Assembly (NCBI GenBank): GCA_963736855.1
Contig: CAVTQK010000006.1
Span: 97,370 to 161,369, forward strand
DNA length: 64,000 nucleotides
Origin: an uncultured delta proteobacterium
GTDB lineage: Bacteria > Desulfobacterota > Desulfobacteria > Desulfobacterales > UBA2156
Reading direction: 5' to 3'
The notes below the pieces were generated by a model. The model did no database searches, was not told where the DNA came from, and saw nothing but the letters and a program-made list of their open reading frames with translations. Positions 8,705-18,636 of this stretch are shown piece after piece. The translations under genes were made by a program, and so were the position numbers. Every line of letters begins with the position of its first letter. Position 1 is the stretch's first letter.

Positions 8705-10981
8705 TTAAGCAGGGACGTCCCTGATTTCGATTCCCATGGACCGAAGCCGGTCCCGGATTCGGTCCGCAGCGTCCCAGTCTCCGGCGTTACGGGCTGCTTC
8801 CCTGCTTTTGATGAGGGCAATGATCTCCGGGTTTGGTGTGCTGTCCTGAAACCGGAAAATGTTTAAAACCCTGTCGATATCCTGAAATGCGCGGATAATC
8901 TTTTCAGCTCCCTTATCATCAATTTTTCTTTGCCGGATGTCGATGTTGATCTTTCTGATATTATTAAAAAGCGACGCCAATGCCTCAGGCATATTTAAAT
9001 CGTCATCCATGGCCGAAAGGAATCCATGCTTGATGTCATAAAGGAGTTGATCCACCTCGGGGTCCGGGGCTCCCCCTTTGATCTGCCGGAGGGAATGAAT
9101 ACAAGCGTCGATCCGTCTCAAAACACGTCTGGCTTCTTCCAGCCGATCCTGCGAAAAAGCCAGCGGCTTTCGATAATGATTGGAAAGAAGCCAATATCGA
9201 ATTTCGCGGCCGGAGAACCCCTTATCAAACAGATCCTTAAGGGTCACTCCGCCTTGCTTTTTTTCCTTTTCTGCAGCGTTGAACAGGACCCGCTCACAGT
9301 GAATCCAGTAATTGGCCATGGGGTGCCCGGTCAAGGCCACGGAAATGGCGATGTGATTTTCATGGTGGGGAAAAACCAGCTCCCGACCGCTGGTATGAAT
9401 ATCGTACCGATCCCCCATGGACTTCCTGGCTATTGCCGCACACTGAAGGTGCCACGACGGACGAACATTCCCCCACTCGGTCTTAACGAAAATCCCGCGT
9501 TTGAGTTCGGAAAGTCTCGACCGTTTCATGAGGGTGAAATCCCTGGGATTGTCCTTTTCGTATTCATCCAGATCCACCGTAGCCCCGAGCTTGATTTTAT
9601 TGATATCGATTCCGGACAGTTTTCCGTAATCCGGGATCCGGGAAATATTAAAATAAAGGGATCTCAGCTTTTCATAGGCAAACCCGCTCTTCTTGAGGTC
9701 ACGGGCCATCTGAACCATATCTTGGAGATTTCCGCTTGTCCGGGGATAGCTGTCCGCCGGCCGGACGCCCAGGGATTCAAGGTCCTTTTGAAACCATTGA
9801 ATGTGCTCATCCGTAAACTCGGGAAGGGAGATATTGGCCGATTCCGATCCTGCCAGGGTTTTGTCGTCGAAGTCGGTGATGTTTACGATATGACGCACCG
9901 CATACCCCCGGTATCCGAGGTACCGGCAAAGCAGATCGGAAAATACGAATCGGCGGCATTCTTCGATTTGCATTCGGGCATGTGCGGTGGGACCGCAGGT
10001 ATAGAGCGAGGCCTTACCGGGAATCAGGGGCTTAAAGATCTCCTCTTTCCGGCTCATTGTGTTAAAGAGCCTCAAGTCCACCTTTTCTTTTATTGCAAAG
10101 AGAGTCGTGCTGAGATACCTTTCCCCGCCGTCCGGAAGGATTACCACCATGACACCCTTTTCCATGAGAGCGGCTTCCCTGCAAGCAATTGCCATGGCCG
10201 CGCCGCTGCTCATCCCTGCAAAAATCCCCTCTTCTTTGGCCAGCCGTCGGGTCATCTCGAAAGCTTCTTCATCCTCGACGTTGATCTTTTTATCCAGGCG
10301 ATTCTTATCGAAGATTTCAGGCTGGTAAGCCTCTTTCATGTTCTTAAGCCCCTGGATTTTATGACCCAGGTAAGGCTCCACACCGATAATCTGGACGGCC
10401 GGATTGTATTCCTTCAGCCGCCTCGAGATCCCCATAAGGGTGCCTGATGTCCCCAGGGTCGCCACCACAGCGGTAACCGCTCCATGGGTCTGGCGCCAGA
10501 TCTCTTCGGCAGTTCCATGGTAATGGGCTTGCCAGTTGGCATCGTTGTTATACTGATCCGGCATGAAATAAAAATTCGGATTCTCCCGGGACATCCGATA
10601 AACTTCCTCGATGGCGCCGTCGGTTCCTAAGTGTCCCGGGGTCAGAAGGATCTCCGCCCCCCGAGCCTTAAGGATTTTTCTTCGCTCTTCACTCACCGCT
10701 TCCGACATGGCCAAGAGGAGGTGGTATCCCTTCACTGTACATACCAATGCCAGGCCGATTCCCGTGTTACCGCTGGTGGCTTCGATGACCGTTTTGTCGG
10801 GCTTCAAAAGGCCGCAATGTTCCCCGGCTTCAATCATGGAAAGCGCAGGGCGATCTTTCACCGATCCGCCCGGATTAAACGATTCCAGTTTCGCCAATAG
10901 CCTCACCCTCGGGTTGGGGTTTAACCGCCGAATCTCCACTATAGGGGTGTTGCCGATGGCATCAAGGATGGACTGGTTCAT
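8705..10981 (-). CDS. Fusion of cysteine synthase (CysK/CysM family) and cysteinyl-tRNA-synthetase-like domain
   Basis: N-half: IGNTP, KLESFNPGGSVKDR, TSGNTG, GTSGT, PDGGERYLST. C-half: YTCGPT, NITDFDDK, RPSWHLQC, FPHHEN, MDDDLN, ADRIRDRL. One continuous frame. Confidence 0.93.
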   Translation of the reverse strand: MNQSILDAIGNTPIVEIRRLNPNPRVRLLAKLESFNPGGSVKDRPALSMIEAGEHCGLLKPDKTVIEATSGNTGIGLALVCTVKGYHLLLAMSEAVSEERRKILKARGAEILLTPGHLGTDGAIEEVYRMSRENPNFYFMPDQYNNDANWQAHYHGTAEEIWRQTHGAVTAVVATLGTSGTLMGISRRLKEYNPAVQIIGVEPYLGHKIQGLKNMKEAYQPEIFDKNRLDKKINVEDEEAFEMTRRLAKEEGIFAGMSSGAAMAIACREAALMEKGVMVVILPDGGERYLSTTLFAIKEKVDLRLFNTMSRKEEIFKPLIPGKASLYTCGPTAHARMQIEECRRFVFSDLLCRYLGYRGYAVRHIVNITDFDDKTLAGSESANISLPEFTDEHIQWFQKDLESLGVRPADSYPRTSGNLQDMVQMARDLKKSGFAYEKLRSLYFNISRIPDYGKLSGIDINKIKLGATVDLDEYEKDNPRDFTLMKRSRLSELKRGIFVKTEWGNVRPSWHLQCAAIARKSMGDRYDIHTSGRELVFPHHENHIAISVALTGHPMANYWIHCERVLFNAAEKEKKQGGVTLKDLFDKGFSGREIRYWLLSNHYRKPLAFSQDRLEEARRVLRRIDACIHSLRQIKGGAPDPEVDQLLYDIKHGFLSAMDDDLNMPEALASLFNNIRKINIDIRQRKIDDKGAEKIIRAFQDIDRVLNIFRFQDSTPNPEIIALIKSREAARNAGDWDAADRIRDRLRSMGIEIRDVPA

Positions 10982-11044
10982 TCGTGCTGGATCCTCAAAT
11001 TCGGCCAGAGCCTGCACGCATGCCATCGGCTTCGTTTTCCCGGA

Positions 11045-11698
11045 TCATGACCTTTTTTCCTTCTTGTTTAGAAGACTTTCGGGGAGCATCCCGATCACCT
11101 GGCGGAACACCTTATCCTCGGTGGACGTCGCATCGATAATGCGGATCCGCTGCGGTTGTGCCTTGGCCATCTCCAGGTATCCTTTTCTCACCTTCTCATG
11201 AAAGGATAAGGCTTCTTCCTCGAAACGGCTTTCATCACAAACACCCGAATCCTTGATGATCCTTGCCCAAGCCCGGGCCAATCCTTTTTCGGCAGGTAGG
11301 TCCAGAAGAAAAGTCAGATCCGGTGCAATCCCGCTGAGAGCGATCGAGTGAAAGGCGTGGATGAGTGGAATATCCAGGCCTCTTCCATACCCTTGATAAG
11401 CGACAGTGGCATCCAGGAATCGATCGCAAAGCACCGACTTTCCTTCAGCCAGAGCCGGTTCGATGATCTCCTTCACGTGCTGGGCACGATCCGCCATGTA
11501 AAGCATCAGTTCGGCCGTCGCATCCAGCATCGAATGATTCCGGTCGAGCAAGATTTCACGGATCTTCACGCCGATCTTCGTCCCACCAGGCTCCCGGGTG
11601 ACGATACAATGATGTCCCGAATCCTTCAGATAATCCGCTACCCGCTGCACCTGGGTGGTTTTTCCGGAGCCTTCGATCCCTTCAAAGGTAATAAACAT
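11045..11698 (-). CDS. tmk: Thymidylate kinase
   Basis: MFITFEGIEGSGKTTQ, TREPGGT, LCDRF, AYQGYGR. Confidence 0.95.
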   Translation of the reverse strand: MFITFEGIEGSGKTTQVQRVADYLKDSGHHCIVTREPGGTKIGVKIREILLDRNHSMLDATAELMLYMADRAQHVKEIIEPALAEGKSVLCDRFLDATVAYQGYGRGLDIPLIHAFHSIALSGIAPDLTFLLDLPAEKGLARAWARIIKDSGVCDESRFEEEALSFHEKVRKGYLEMAKAQPQRIRIIDATSTEDKVFRQVIGMLPESLLNKKEKRS

Positions 11699-11790
11699 GG
11701 CAACCTCTTTATCCGTTATGTGTTGGATTGATGGGGTGGAATCGGATCCAGTCAACAGCCACGATGAAAGAGAAGCTGGGTTATTTTTTT

Positions 11791-12756
11791 TCAACCCTTT
11801 TTCCGATAGAACTGCCGCTCCAACACCCTGTGATAGGATGTCCACTGATCGCCCGGGGAATCGGATTCAATGAACTCCCGTATCCCATTGATCTTGGAAT
11901 CGATTTCGTCGATGTAATGGAGTAAGACCGCTTCGACGGTCTTGGGAACTTCGGGAGATCCGTATTCCCGGCTGCCATGATGGCTGAGAACCAAGTGTTT
12001 CAGGAGCATGGCTTTTTCATCAGGGAAATCCCTTATCTCCTTTAATTTTTCCTCTAGCATGTGTACACCTATGACGATATGTCCCAAAAGCCGACCCCCA
12101 TCCGAATAGTCGATCACATGATCATAAATAAATTCTTTGGTTTTACCGATATCATGTAAAACAGCACCTGCCAAGAGGAGGTCGCGGTCGATGCCTCGGT
12201 AGTGACCGGCAATGGCGTCGCTGAGACAGACCATGGACAGGGTATGCTCCAACAGTCCCCCGACATAAGCATGATGCATCATTTTCGCCGCAGGTGCCTT
12301 CTTGAATTGGGCTATCAGCTCCGAATCATCAAAAAACGCCTTCAGAAGTTTTTTCAGGTGCGCGTCCTTAATGGATTGGGATATGCGATCCAGTTTATCA
12401 AACATATCTTCGATATCTCGTCGGGTTTTCGGGAGAAACGCCTCCGGATCAATGTCCGTCTCCTGAAAAGGGAAGATCTCTTTCACCACTACCTGGAGCT
12501 GCCCATGGTATTCCGAAACGAATCCTTTAACCTGGACAAGCTTCCCTTTCCGGATATTGGCGGCGGCCAGGTCCGCATTTTCCCACATGACGGCCCGGAT
12601 GCCTCCGGATCGATCGCTAAGGGTCATGGTAAGATAGCTGTTTCCATCTCTCTTTTTCCCTAATACTTTCTCTGAGAGAGCAAAGATTTCGTCTATGGGT
12701 TCCCCCGGCTTCAGATCCGCTGCAAAACGACCTTTGATCGGTTTACTCCCCATCAA
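11791..12756 (-). CDS. yhaM: OB-fold + HD domain 3'-5' exoribonuclease, YhaM/Cbf1 family
   Basis: PAAKMMHHAYVGGLLEH, LHDIGK, SHHG motifs. Confidence 0.88.
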   Translation of the reverse strand: MMGSKPIKGRFAADLKPGEPIDEIFALSEKVLGKKRDGNSYLTMTLSDRSGGIRAVMWENADLAAANIRKGKLVQVKGFVSEYHGQLQVVVKEIFPFQETDIDPEAFLPKTRRDIEDMFDKLDRISQSIKDAHLKKLLKAFFDDSELIAQFKKAPAAKMMHHAYVGGLLEHTLSMVCLSDAIAGHYRGIDRDLLLAGAVLHDIGKTKEFIYDHVIDYSDGGRLLGHIVIGVHMLEEKLKEIRDFPDEKAMLLKHLVLSHHGSREYGSPEVPKTVEAVLLHYIDEIDSKINGIREFIESDSPGDQWTSYHRVLERQFYRKKG

Positions 12757-13516
12757 ATTTGTGAGGCTCCAATTGCCATCCTTTCAATTTTTCAAGGATG
12801 TCATGATCGGTGATGTCACACCGGATAGGCGTCAGGGTGATATAGTTTCGACTCAAGGCCGCCCCGTCCGTATCCGGCCCGCTGAAGGCCCTTTGCTGTT
12901 CGCAACCTTGCCAATAATAGGCTCGATTCCTTGGATCCGTCCGCCTTTCAAAGTGTTCTTCAACGGGGAACATTTCGAGCCGGGTGATCCGAACTCCGGC
13001 GGTTTGATCCATAGGAATATCGGGGATGTTGATATTCAAGACAGTTCCGTGATAAATTGGATGTTCCAACACTCTTTGGGCCACTTGTTCCACGAATGCC
13101 GCCGCGTTATCGATATACCGGCCCTCTCCCGGCATAGACACAGCAATGGCCGGAATGCCGTAAAAACCGGCTTCCCGGGCCGCGCAGACCGTTCCGGAAT
13201 AATTCACGTTGAAGCCGATATTTGCCCCAGGATTGATTCCGGACAGAACCAAATCGGGCTTGATGTCCATCAGTTCCAGGATCGCGAGCTTGATGCAATC
13301 TGCCGGAGTCCCATTCACTGCATACCCAAAAACATTTCCCTCCAAGTGAATCCGTTCACATCGGATCGGTTTGTGCAACGTGATGGAATGCCCAACCGCG
13401 CTGCGTTGCCGGTCCGGTGCGACAATGAAAACTTCATGTTTCATTGAAAAACGACGGTAAAGAGCAAAAAGGCCTCTGGCATGAATCCCGTCGTCATTGG
13501 TCAACAAGATACGCAT
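12743..13516 (-). CDS. surE: 5'/3'-nucleotidase SurE
   Basis: MRILLTNDDG, GTPADC, SGINPGAN, YSGTV. Confidence 0.96.
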   Translation of the reverse strand: MRILLTNDDGIHARGLFALYRRFSMKHEVFIVAPDRQRSAVGHSITLHKPIRCERIHLEGNVFGYAVNGTPADCIKLAILELMDIKPDLVLSGINPGANIGFNVNYSGTVCAAREAGFYGIPAIAVSMPGEGRYIDNAAAFVEQVAQRVLEHPIYHGTVLNINIPDIPMDQTAGVRITRLEMFPVEEHFERRTDPRNRAYYWQGCEQQRAFSGPDTDGAALSRNYITLTPIRCDITDHDILEKLKGWQLEPHKFDGE

Positions 13517-13724
13517 CTGCTTATCCCTGAAACGCATCTCAACCGGAAATGTCGCTTGCAAACAGCGGCACCAAACTTTATAAAATCCGAAAGGCGAGCG
13601 TAAAACCCCGGTCTATAAAAAGGCCATTCAACTTCATATTGACTTTTAACATCGATTCGGATCTATACATAAAACTTCATTCGCGTTCAAGAAAGTTATC
13701 CATAACAGGCCGAAGCCCTCTAAA

Positions 13725-14078
13725 CCCTGAAGTTGCATAAAAAACATGACGGGGAATAGAAAAAAAGAATGATAACAGAGCATTTGAATACGTTTAGGTA
13801 TGGTTCTCGAATAAACTTGGATGGCTTCGTAAAAAGGTTTTATGAGCGCCATCCAAGTCTTTTCGGAAAAAGAGAGGCAAAGGGTTGAGCGTTAAAAATC
13901 TCAAGCTGTTTGAGGCACTTGTGCCGAGTTCTTGAGATTTAGCGAAACCCTTTGGATCTTCCGAAAAGAATTGCGGCGCGAGAAAAATCGGCCTTTTTAC
14001 GATTTCATCAACTTTTGGTGACTTCTAAAACAAATAAAAAATTTGTCATGTTTTTTACCCAGAGGGAAAGCCAAGGAT
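13725..14078. mobile_element. MITE-like element family A, inverted, one end missing, interrupted by a family B element
   Basis: Reverse complement matches 3705-3855 on both sides of 13820-14009; begins CCCTGAAGTTGCA. Confidence 0.8.
13820..14009. mobile_element. Palindromic MITE-like element family B (190 bp)
   Basis: Ends GATGGCTTCGTAAAAAGG ... CCTTTTTACGATTTCATC; flanks AACTTG / AACTTT; absent from the equivalent site in the copy at ~3762. Confidence 0.8.
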
Positions 14079-16387
14079 GCCATGTCGATCCTCTCTGGCG
14101 AGGGAAATTGGCTCTCTTTCTCTCCCTTTTTGTTGTCCTTTTAGGGATGGCGCTTTCCGGAATGTCCCATGCCGCATCTCGGTCCGAGAATGTCTTTGGA
14201 TCCACTACCGCCGATGCAAGCTCGCCCTGGCAGGTCACGGCCGATTCCCTGTTTTATGACCAAGAAGCCGACCATTACGTCGCCAAGGGACATGTCGTCG
14301 TCGTCAAAAAGAGGATGCGCCTCAGCGGCGACTTCGTTCAGCTGAATCACAAAACGGGCCAGGCTCTTGCCATCGGAAACGCCGTCTTGTCCGATGGAGA
14401 GGACATCCTCACCGGGGAGCGCATCCGCTTCGACCTGAAAAATGAAACCGGAAGCGCCTATCACGGCACCGTCTTTTTAAAACAAAACCATTTTTATATC
14501 CAGGGGGATAAGATACAAAAGACCGGCGAAAAGACTTATAGTGCCCAATCGGCAAGCATTTCCACCTGTGACGGTGAGAACCCGGCCTGGAGGGTCACGG
14601 CCCGAAATGTCTCTGTGGCGCTGGAAGGATACGGCTCCGCCACACACAGTACTCTGTGGCTAAAAAAGGTGCCGGTGCTTTATACTCCATACTTTGTCTT
14701 CCCCGCCAAAACCAAACGCCAGTCCGGATTTCTTCCCCCTCGCCTGGGGGTCTCCGACCGGAAGGGAACCGAATATGAACAGCCCTATTTCTGGGCCATC
14801 AATGATAATTCGGATGCCACACTCTACTTAGACCATATGGATCGACGGGGAGAAAAAGTCGGGCTTGAATACCGCTACGTCCTGAGTCGCCTTTCCAAAG
14901 GTGCCCTCATGGGAGATTTCCTCAATGATCGTCAGTTGGACGACGGAACCGGCGATTCAAGCGATCGCTGGGGTTACGAGGACGACAAGTACTTAAGACC
15001 CAACCACGACCGTTATTGGTTCAGGATGAAACACGACCAGGTCCTTCCGTGGGACTTTTTCGCCAAACTCGATCTCGACATTGTCTCGGACCAGGATTAT
15101 TTGGTGGAATTCAAAAGCGGCTACAATGGCTTCGATGAAACCAATCAGTATTTTGAAACCGTCTTCGGCAGGGGCGTGGACGATTATACGGACACCACCC
15201 GATTGAACCGCCTGAACCTGAATCGGGCTTGGAACCGAAGCAGCCTCAACATCGAAGGCCGATGGTATGACAATGTTCTTTTCCGCAGGCACAGCGATCC
15301 GGACGACTTAGATAAGACCCTTCAGCGCCTCCCGTTCGTCGAATACGACATTTCCAAAGGGCGGTTACTAGATACCCCATTTTATTACGATATGTCCTCA
15401 GATTATGTCCGTTACTACCGTAAAGACGGGCTGCGGGGGCACCGTGTGGATGTTTATCCGAAGGCGTATCTACCCGTAAAACTAAACAATTATCTGTCCC
15501 TGGAACCTTTTATGGGGCTTCGGGAAACATTCTGGCATATCGACCAGTACGAAACCGATAAGGAAGATCAGGACCGCACCCAGCTCAGAGACCTCTATGA
15601 CGCAGGCGTCAATCTCAGCACGGAATTGTATCGGATTTACAACACCGGAGGGAAAACCCTCGATAAGATCCGCCACAGCATCCTCCCAAAGATCACCTAT
15701 CGCTATCTACCGGAAAAAGAACAGGATCAATACCCCAAATTCGACGACGTCGACCGGATCGGAAGAGTCAACCAGGTCGGCTACTCGCTGACGAACACGT
15801 TCACCTCAAGGTCCCTCAAGAAAAAACCGGACACGGAAAATCCTCAATATATATACCGGGAATTCGCAAGACTCGGCGTCAGTCAGAGCTACAATATCTA
15901 TGAAGCCACAGACGAGGACATTGAAGAGAAAGAACCGTTTTCCAACATTAATGGTCGGCTGGAACTCAGACCCATGGATCATATATCCGTTGACGCCGAT
16001 GCCCAGTGGTCCGTTTACGAACATGACTGGATGTCTTATAATGCTCAGTGTAAGGCCTCGGATTATCGAGGGGACAGCTTCCATGTCGAATATCGTTACC
16101 GGCGGGATTCAGCCGAAGGTAAATCGAACGGGAAGGAGTCCATTTATACCCGGCTTTATGCCAACCTTTTTGGGGGTTTCTCCGCTTTTTGGGAATATGA
16201 ACGCAACCTGTACGACAAAGAGGATATCAAAACCGGAATCGGGGTGATCTATAAAGCCCAATGCTGGTCCATCGATTTTCGATATACTGACGAATTCGAA
16301 GACCGGGCCTACTCCGTAATGATTAACCTTTACGGCCTCGGCGGCTTCGGAAGCAGCATTGGAACCGAAAAACAAGAAACCGAATGA
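14048..16387 (+). CDS. lptD: LPS assembly outer-membrane protein LptD
   Basis: Signal peptide, OstA-like N-terminus, STCDGENPAW, VPVLYTPY, KRQSGFLPP, PYFWAI, YKAQCWS. Confidence 0.9.
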   Translation: MFFTQRESQGCHVDPLWRGKLALFLSLFVVLLGMALSGMSHAASRSENVFGSTTADASSPWQVTADSLFYDQEADHYVAKGHVVVVKKRMRLSGDFVQLNHKTGQALAIGNAVLSDGEDILTGERIRFDLKNETGSAYHGTVFLKQNHFYIQGDKIQKTGEKTYSAQSASISTCDGENPAWRVTARNVSVALEGYGSATHSTLWLKKVPVLYTPYFVFPAKTKRQSGFLPPRLGVSDRKGTEYEQPYFWAINDNSDATLYLDHMDRRGEKVGLEYRYVLSRLSKGALMGDFLNDRQLDDGTGDSSDRWGYEDDKYLRPNHDRYWFRMKHDQVLPWDFFAKLDLDIVSDQDYLVEFKSGYNGFDETNQYFETVFGRGVDDYTDTTRLNRLNLNRAWNRSSLNIEGRWYDNVLFRRHSDPDDLDKTLQRLPFVEYDISKGRLLDTPFYYDMSSDYVRYYRKDGLRGHRVDVYPKAYLPVKLNNYLSLEPFMGLRETFWHIDQYETDKEDQDRTQLRDLYDAGVNLSTELYRIYNTGGKTLDKIRHSILPKITYRYLPEKEQDQYPKFDDVDRIGRVNQVGYSLTNTFTSRSLKKKPDTENPQYIYREFARLGVSQSYNIYEATDEDIEEKEPFSNINGRLELRPMDHISVDADAQWSVYEHDWMSYNAQCKASDYRGDSFHVEYRYRRDSAEGKSNGKESIYTRLYANLFGGFSAFWEYERNLYDKEDIKTGIGVIYKAQCWSIDFRYTDEFEDRAYSVMINLYGLGGFGSSIGTEKQETE

Positions 16388-16420
16388 ATACTTAGGTATC
16401 AAGGAAGCAAAACATCAGCC

Positions 16421-17416
16421 ATGGTCATCGTCAAGACACCTCTTCGACTAAGCTTTGTGGGCGGCGGCTCAGACATGAAGCCCTTTTACTCGAAACAGCC
16501 GGGGCAGGTCATTTGCACGGCCATCGACAAATTCGTTTATGCCATCGTCAAGGAACGTTTCGACGACATGATCTATATCAACTATTCCAAAAAAGAGTGC
16601 GTTGAACATGTCTCGGAAGTCCGACATGACCTTGTCCGTGAGGCCATGAAGATCACCGGTGTTGAAAAAGGGATCGAGATCACCACGCTGGCCGATGTCC
16701 CTTCCAGCGGATCGGGCCTAGGGAGTTCAAGCTCCATCACCGTGGCACTTTTACACGCTCTCTATGCTTACCAAAATCTTCTTATCACTGCAGAGCAACT
16801 GGCCCAAGACGCCTGCCGGGTCGAAATCGATATCCTTAAAAAGCCCATCGGCAGGCAGGATCAATACGCGGCTGCTTATGGCGGTGTGAACCAGTTCATT
16901 TTTCATGAAAACGAAACCACCACTCGCATTCCTGTCACCATGGACCGTGCAGCAAAGAGAAAATTCACATCATCTCTTCTCCTGTACTACACCGGAATTA
17001 CCCGGAAAGCCGATTGGATCCTTGCCGATCAGCAAAAAAAATTTTCCGAGAAATCTGCCTTTGATGCCATGGTTCGGATGACAACTTTCGTGGACCCTTT
17101 CAGAGAAGCGATGAGCATCGGTAATATCTTAGAATGCGGGCATCTCTTGGATGAAAATTGGCGCCTCAAGCAACATATGGCCGAAGGAATCACCAACAAC
17201 TCCGTCGAGAAAATGATCCGGAAGGCCAGGAAGGCAGGGGCGATAGGTGCAAAGATCGCCGGGGCCGGAGGCGGCGGATTTCTCCTCTTGATCGCTCCCC
17301 GAGAAAAACAGGGAGAAATCATGGAAGCGATGAAGGACTACCGGGAGCTCCCGTTTATGCTCGAAGAGAGCGGATCCAAAGTGATCTTCGACGATCGATC
17401 GTACTCGAGCAAGTAG
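16421..17416 (+). CDS. hddA: GHMP sugar kinase, D-glycero-alpha-D-manno-heptose-7-phosphate kinase-like
   Basis: PLRLSFVGGGSD, GSGLGSSS, GRQDQY, GAGGGGF; gmhA two genes downstream. Confidence 0.8.
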   Translation: MVIVKTPLRLSFVGGGSDMKPFYSKQPGQVICTAIDKFVYAIVKERFDDMIYINYSKKECVEHVSEVRHDLVREAMKITGVEKGIEITTLADVPSSGSGLGSSSSITVALLHALYAYQNLLITAEQLAQDACRVEIDILKKPIGRQDQYAAAYGGVNQFIFHENETTTRIPVTMDRAAKRKFTSSLLLYYTGITRKADWILADQQKKFSEKSAFDAMVRMTTFVDPFREAMSIGNILECGHLLDENWRLKQHMAEGITNNSVEKMIRKARKAGAIGAKIAGAGGGGFLLLIAPREKQGEIMEAMKDYRELPFMLEESGSKVIFDDRSYSSK

Positions 17417-17481
17417 GAAAAGGGATTCAACATATCCTCGTCTTCGGTAAAACACACCGGGACAATTCAAGGACAACATTG

Positions 17482-18621
17482 ATGGCTTATCGGGTTTTGG
17501 TTACCGGCGGTGCCGGGTTTATCGGCTCACACACAGTGGATGCCCTTATTCAAAAGGGAAATCAGGTGCGGATTCTGGATAATTTTTCGAAAAGGGTCCA
17601 TCCCCATGGAATACCGGAATACCTGAATGCGAAAGCCGAATTGATGGTAGGAGATGTTCGCGAAAAGGGGGTCTGGGAAGAAGCGCTCAAGGGCATCGAT
17701 GTGGTTTACCATTTTGCTGCATATCAGGATTACATGCCCGACTTTTCCACCTTTTTTCATGTGAACGCCGTATCCACCGCTTTGCTTTATGAAGTGCTGG
17801 TGGAAAAGCGCATGACTGAAAAAATCAGGAAAATCATTGTTGCGGCAAGCCAGGCGGTCATGGGGGAAGGGCGCCACAGATGTCCCACCTGCCATCCCGA
17901 GGGGGGGCATTTCATCTATCCTTCCATCCGGCTGGAATCCCGGCTTTCTAAGGGAGAGTGGGATCACCAATGCCCCGCATGCAATACCGTCCTCCAATGG
18001 GTACCCTCTGACGAATCCGTGGTTCATCCCTGCAACCAATATGCGCTCTCCAAATATTCCCAGGAGCAGATCGCCCTGAATCTGGCAAAGCGATACGGCA
18101 TTCCTTCCGTGGTTCTGCGCTATTCCATCGTTCAGGGAGAAAGGCAGTCCTTTTATAACGCGTATTCCGGCGCCATGCGAATATTTGCCCTTTGCCTGCT
18201 GTTTGACTCAAGCCCGGTGATTTTCGAGGACGGACACCAGGTCCGGGACTTCGTCAACATCAAAGACGTGGTGGATGCCAACTTGCTGGTATTGGAAAAT
18301 GATGCGGCAAATGGGCGCGTTATTAATGTGGGAGGCGGTATCCCCTGGACCATCCTCGACTTTTATCGGTCGATGCAACAAACCCTTAAAAAGGACATCG
18401 AACCCCAGATTCCGGGCCGCTATCGGTTCGGAGATACGCGACATATCGTCTCCGATATCACCCGTCTCCAAACCCTGGGATGGTCGCCTCGACGCACCGT
18501 CAAAGACAGCATCAGGGCTTACTGGTCCTATATTACCGGCGAAAAGGCACAAAAAGAGGTTTTGGAATTCGCCGAACAGCAGATGAAACAAATGCAAGTC
18601 ATTCGGGAAGTTCAACACTAA
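17482..18621 (+). CDS. NAD-dependent epimerase/dehydratase with Cys-rich insert
   Basis: VLVTGGAGFIGS, YALSK; CPTC...CPAC insert. Confidence 0.88.
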   Translation: MAYRVLVTGGAGFIGSHTVDALIQKGNQVRILDNFSKRVHPHGIPEYLNAKAELMVGDVREKGVWEEALKGIDVVYHFAAYQDYMPDFSTFFHVNAVSTALLYEVLVEKRMTEKIRKIIVAASQAVMGEGRHRCPTCHPEGGHFIYPSIRLESRLSKGEWDHQCPACNTVLQWVPSDESVVHPCNQYALSKYSQEQIALNLAKRYGIPSVVLRYSIVQGERQSFYNAYSGAMRIFALCLLFDSSPVIFEDGHQVRDFVNIKDVVDANLLVLENDAANGRVINVGGGIPWTILDFYRSMQQTLKKDIEPQIPGRYRFGDTRHIVSDITRLQTLGWSPRRTVKDSIRAYWSYITGEKAQKEVLEFAEQQMKQMQVIREVQH

Positions 18622-18636
18622 TGCGAGGTTTCTCAA

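Noticed and set aside
9026..10447. 473-aa ORF on the + strand
   Set aside because: Antisense shadow of the cysteine synthase-CysRS fusion; no recognisable motifs
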